Shown here one piece after another: positions 54,859 to 59,454 of a stretch of DNA of 59,454 nucleotides. Every line of letters starts with the position of its first letter. Position 1 is the first letter of the stretch. The DNA comes from Prasinococcaceae sp. CCMP 1430 (lineage: Eukaryota; Plantae; Prasinodermophyta). Location of the stretch: NCBI GenBank assembly GCA_013416795.1, contig RQSC01000032.1, positions 853,566-913,019 of the forward strand. Reading direction: 5' to 3'. The notes below the pieces were generated by a model. It worked only from the letters and a program-made list of their open reading frames with translations. It searched no databases and was not told the origin of the DNA. The translations under genes and the position numbers were made by a program.

Positions 54859-57232
54859 TCACGAGCACGCCGCGAGCGCCTGACCCGCGAAGTATCTGAC
54901 GTCTGTGTCCGGGTCCTCGCTGAGCTCCTTGAGGCAGGGCTTGACCTTCGACTCGATGACGGTGCCGTCGAGGACGGTGATGAGCTCCTGCATCACGCGC
55001 GCGGTGTTAAATTTGATGTTTGGCACCGCGTCCTTGGCCGCCGCCAGCAGGACGGGCATGAAGGTCGTGCACGTGACGTCGGGGCCCACCACCGGCGCGA
55101 TCTGCGCGATCGCCGAGAGAATGGTAATCCTGTACAGGTAGTGCGGGTTCTTGATGAGCTCCACAAGCTTGGGCACGACATTGGCCACGGCCCACTCGGC
55201 GCCGAAGTGCTCAGCCAGCTGCTTGAGGTTCTCGGTGGCGGCGTCGCGCACGGCGTACACGCTGTCCTTGAGCCAGCCCAGGCACAGGTCAGCCAGGCTC
55301 TTCTGCTGTGACGCGTCATCGAAAGTAAAAAACTCAACGCCGAGCTGCTGGGCGAGCAGCGGTATGTACTCGATGATCGCCAGTCGCACACGCCAGTGGC
55401 AGTCCTCCGCGAGCTCGCGCACCGTCGGCAGCAGCGTCTGCCAGAGCAGATCCACGCCAATGACCTGGTTCACCTGCTGCAGCTCGGAGATGATGCTCAG
55501 GCGCGTGTCCGGAAACTCGTCCTTGAGCAGCGCGAGGATCACGGGCAACAGCTTGTCGATGGTGGCGCTCTTGCCGAGCACAGGCGCCAGTCCCATCACC
55601 ACCCCCGCGAGCGCCGCGCGCACATGCTGAGAGCTGTCCTCCGAGAGTGACTTGACCGCCGGCAGCACGTTGGCGAGGGTGGAGTCCGCGCCAACCTGCT
55701 GCGCCACCACTGTCACCTTGGCCGCGGCAGCCGTGCGCACCTCCGCCTCGCCGTCGCCCAGCAGCGCCTTGAAGCCCTCCAACAGCTCCGAGCGCGTGAG
55801 ATCCGCCCCGACGGCCTCCGCGAGCTCCGCCATCTGCTCCGCGACCATGTAGCGCACGCGCCACGAGCGGTCGGCCGCGAAGGCCTTCACTGTGGGCAGG
55901 ACGCGCGCTGCGCACTCCTCGCGGGGCAGCAGCTTGGCGAATGCCGCGCAGCTCTCCACCGCCAGCAGCCGCACGGAGTCCTGATCGTCCTTGGTGAGCT
56001 CGCCGAAGAGCGGCAGCAGCTCGCCCACGACATGCTCCTGCTCGAGCGTGCCCGCGAATGCGCCCAGCTGCTGTGTGGCGCTGCGGCGCACCATGGGCGT
56101 CTCGTCATGCGCCAGCGCCTTGTACCCCTCCCGCAGCGACGGCCGCGCCGATGCCGGCACGCGCTCGTACGCCGCCGCGAAGAGCGCCGCGGCGGATACG
56201 CGGCTCGTGAACCACTCGCCGTCAGCGAGGTTCGTCACCACCGGCACGAAGTACTCGAGCACGTGCTCCTCGGACATCTCCTTGCAAACCGACCGCAACG
56301 ACTGCACCGCACGCTCACGGACCACCGTCTCCTCGATCGCCGCCAGCGCCGCCAGCGGCGGCAGCAGGCAGTGCGCGTGCGCGGCGCCACCGACGTAGCG
56401 CACGAAGCCGCCCAGCTCCTCTGCGAGCGCGAGCAGCACCTCGTCCTCCTCGTCCGGGTTCTCCGTGAGGAAGGGGATCAGCTGTTTTGTCCGGAGTCGA
56501 TGGGCAGGAGCGATCAGCCGACGACAGGGTGGGGTTGGGGTTGGGGGGAAGGAGCGCCGTGCGGTGGTGTCGTCAGTTAGGCGCCCTTTCGGCGTCCGGG
56601 GCGTGCAAAACGCGCGATGTCGCTCGCGCCGTCCAGCACACAGGCGTGCGTGCGCCTCGTCGCGCGTGGTGGCATTCGCCGGTTCGCACGCGGGGGCAGG
56701 CGTTGGTGGAGTATTGCGCGTTCAGATGCACGCGCGCGCCACCCCGCGAGGCGGCCCGGCGGGCAGCGGGCATGCGCGCGCCTGCCCCCGGAGGATCCGC
56801 TGTCGCTTTTTCGCGCGGGGGGGGCACGCACGGCGATGCCTCCCCGCAAACACCTCGCCCCTCGATCAGCCAGCCGCTCGCCAGACGACGGGCAAATGGA
56901 CAGGCAGATGTGCGAGTTTGCCACTACGCCCGCTCGCTCGCCGCGGCATCGCAGGTGGTACCCGCTCCGCCGCTGCCGGCGACGACGGCGCCGCCGACGC
57001 AACCGACGGCGTGGTGCGCGCACGCGCGGCGAATTGAAAAAAAAAATACAAACTTTCGCACGCGCGGGCGGCGCGAGCGAGCACGCACCTCTGCGCGCGT
57101 GCGCTCCTCGCCGAGCGCGAGCGCGATGGTGCTGAGGCGCTTGATGGAGCCCAGGCGAGTGGACGTGTCCTCATGGCGCAGCTCATCGATCAGGATCGCG
57201 ATGGGGTACAGCGTGTCGTCGCCGTCGGCCAT
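54859..57232 (-). CDS. PP2AA: Protein phosphatase 2A scaffold subunit A (HEAT repeats), 588 aa; intron 56482-57088
   Basis: [15 protein letters not shown]...LGEERTRAE|LIPFL...[14 protein letters not shown]; DETPMVRR; [11 protein letters not shown]; [11 protein letters not shown]. Confidence 0.97.
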
Positions 57233-58067
57233 GCCGGCAGCGCCGCGCGCCCGCGCGCGCTGCCCCCCCGCTCCCTCCCCCCTTCCCCCCGCGCTCCGCG
57301 AAGCGCGACGCGCACGCGCGCGCGCGCGCCCTCGCGCGCTCCCAGCGCCCGGCCGCGCGGGGAAAAGGGGGGGAGAGACCGCCTCGCCACCTCCCCCACG
57401 GGCGCTCGCGCGCGCTACTGTGGCGCCCGGCGCGGAGAGGGGGGCGGGGGGAGGCCCCACGCCCCCTCTCCCCCTCCCCTCCGCGCGCGCGCGTGAGCCA
57501 TTGCATTGGGGGGGACGATTACTGTATTTTGACTTTCGTTTTTTTCAACCAGAGTCTACGTCCACTTGCTTTTGCACGAGAGGATTGCTGTTTTTTTTTT
57601 TGTTTTTTTTTTTGCTGTGGCTGGACGGGGCAGGTGCGCCCTCGGTGCTCTCGAATCTGTGCTGTACACTGTACAGGACGTTTCGGTTTCTGCGCTTACA
57701 AAATTGGGTGTTTTGTGGTGGCAATCAGACAGGGTTTGTTCACGCGCGATCGATGGATGTCGCGCGGGGGCGGGCGCAGGCCGAGCTCGGCCTCGGCGAC
57801 GCGCAGGCGCTGCGCCTCAAGTTCGCGCAGCGCGCGCGCGCGCGGCGCGGCGACGGCGGCCCGTCCCAGATCCGGAGGCCCCCCGGCCGGATCCGTCCCC
57901 AAAACCCAACCCGCGCAGCACATGCGACCCTTGCCCCCGCGGTCGTTCTTAAACCCTATTTACGAATGTGTGATTCAATGTGATGAGTGAAACGGTGTAA
58001 ACCGTAAAGATTGTGGCGAGGACGCGCAGGGGCGCGCCAGCGCGCGCCAGCGCGAGAGCAGCGAGCG

Positions 58068-58885
58068 TCAGCGCGCGCACCTCTGTGCAACCCAGTCGAG
58101 CGCCCAGTCGAGCTCCTGGCTGGTGCAGTCGTGGCCGACGTTGGGGTACGAGGTAAACTCGAGCTCGAGCCCCGCCTCCTTCCACGCCTGTCCGTTGGGC
58201 TGCGCGCGGGCGAAGGTGACCGTCGGATCGGCCTCGCCGTGGCCCCACGCAAGCGGCGGGCGCGTCGCCACGCCGCCTGCGGCCTCTGCCGCAGCGCGAA
58301 TGGCGTCGGCGTCGCCGATGAAGCTCGGCAGCCAGCCGGAGATGTTCAACACGCCGCCGAGCGTCTTGGGGTGTGTGAGTGCTGTCGACATGGCCACACA
58401 GCCGCCCTGCGAGAAGCCGCCCACGACGATTCGCTCGGGTGGGATGCCGCTCGCGATGGTCTCGTCTGCACGCGTCGCGGCGTGCGCGCACGCGCGTGCG
58501 CGCCGGCGCGAATCGAGCGCTCCAGCGTGAGCGGCGCGCCCCGCGCGCACCGCGCGCGCGCGCGACAGAAGGGCAGCGCGTGGGGAGCGGGGCTGGAGGA
58601 GGGCGGGCGCGCGCACGCACCGATCAGGCCCGAGAGCGCGCGCATGCCCACGCTTTCGATGGACGCTTTGTCGTCAACCGTCTCGGGCAGCACCGGGATC
58701 GCGTCCATGTCGAACCAGCTGGTCATCCGCATGCCCATGTTGACCGTGACGGGCATGACCGGCGCCGTGGCGGTGACGTACCTAAGGTGCGGCGCGCGCT
58801 GCCGCAGCATGCCCGAGAGCGCCATCCAGCCCTGCTCGGTGTCGCCGAGGCCGTGCAGGAAGATGAGCGCACCGCTTTGCGCCAT
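58068..58885 (-). CDS. Acyl-protein thioesterase / lysophospholipase (LYPLA-type); intron 58466-58620; possible extra 3' intron from 58080
   Basis: IFLHGLGD, MTSWFDM, GGFSQGG (Ser), HGEADPTV (Asp), VGHD (His). Confidence 0.92.
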
Positions 58886-59189
58886 CGCTTTCGCACGCCC
58901 GCGTAGGCGGCGGCGAGGCGGCGGAACTGGCGGGGCGGGGCGGGGCGGGGGGAGGGGGCGACCGCCGCGCCTCCTGTGGCGCGGGCGAGGCGCCGTGTGC
59001 GCGCGTGGCGCGCGCCGCGCGCTGAGACAATCTCCCGTGGCCAAATATGACTATTTTTTAGATTGTTATAGTACCGTTCACTCATTTTGACGCGTTCACG
59101 GCCGTCCCACGCGCGTAGGGTTCGCGTCGCTACCCTTATTACGTTGGGCGTCACAAGCGCGGTTACCCCAACCAACGCGCCCGCCCGCT

Positions 59190-59345
59190 CACACCCACCC
59201 ACCCATCCACGCACACACGCACACACACGCGCGCCTACACCCACCCACCCACCCATACAGTGCATACACCCACCCAACCATACACCCACCCACCCATACA
59301 CACACCCGCCCGACCACCCACCCACCCACCCACCCACCCACCCAT
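59190..59345. repeat. (CACC)n/(CA)n microsatellite-like tract
   Basis: Repeated acccacccacccat and acacacac. Confidence 0.9.
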
Positions 59346-59454
59346 CTGATCGAGAAGTCGTCGCGCCGTCGATCGGCGGCGCGCGGCCGGCGCGGCCGGG
59401 CCCAGCCCCGGACTGGGTTTTTTCGCTGCGACGCGCGTCGGCCCGCCGGCCCCC

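Noticed and set aside
1875-58620. Introner-element-like repeated introns
   Set aside because: The introns I compared share only generic GTGCGC, CTGAC and C-rich features, not sequence identity
57-59337. Hundreds of long Arg/Ala/Pro-rich ORFs, e.g. 15116..16882(-), 34257..35951(-), 46066..48204(+)
   Set aside because: Antisense or alternate-frame shadows of real genes in very GC-rich DNA; no motifs

Overview
Gene-dense, very GC-rich eukaryotic nuclear DNA, most likely a prasinophyte-grade green alga. Supporting evidence: plastid GapA, Tic40 and DUF2301 genes; short GTGCGC/GTGAG...CTGAC...CAG spliceosomal introns; TGTAA poly(A) signals; TTTAGGG telo-boxes. I hand-spliced about 26 protein genes and one tRNA-Arg(CCG). 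They include housekeeping genes (PEX4, PP2A-A, GapA, Tic40, organellar RecA, PAC4, MAM33, exportin-4 fragment, kinesin, acyl-protein thioesterase). More unusual items: an intron-containing bacterial CpdA-like cAMP phosphodiesterase; a hybrid histidine kinase with a 6TM receptor-like module; a ~1,960-aa surface protein with bacterial adhesin-type modules plus LamG and IPT repeats; XK-scramblase-, AFF/CHD- and FHIP-like proteins; an NBD-only Hsp70; an orphan 49-bp V-ATPase c exon fragment; and a 3-exon small gene invisible in the ORF track. Most long ORFs in the track are GC-rich antisense or shadow frames. Assembly gaps (single n at 11332, 47707, 48425; N runs 39079-39168 and 53232-53999) truncate or falsely fuse genes. 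All family calls come from motifs recognised from memory and need HMM/BLAST confirmation.
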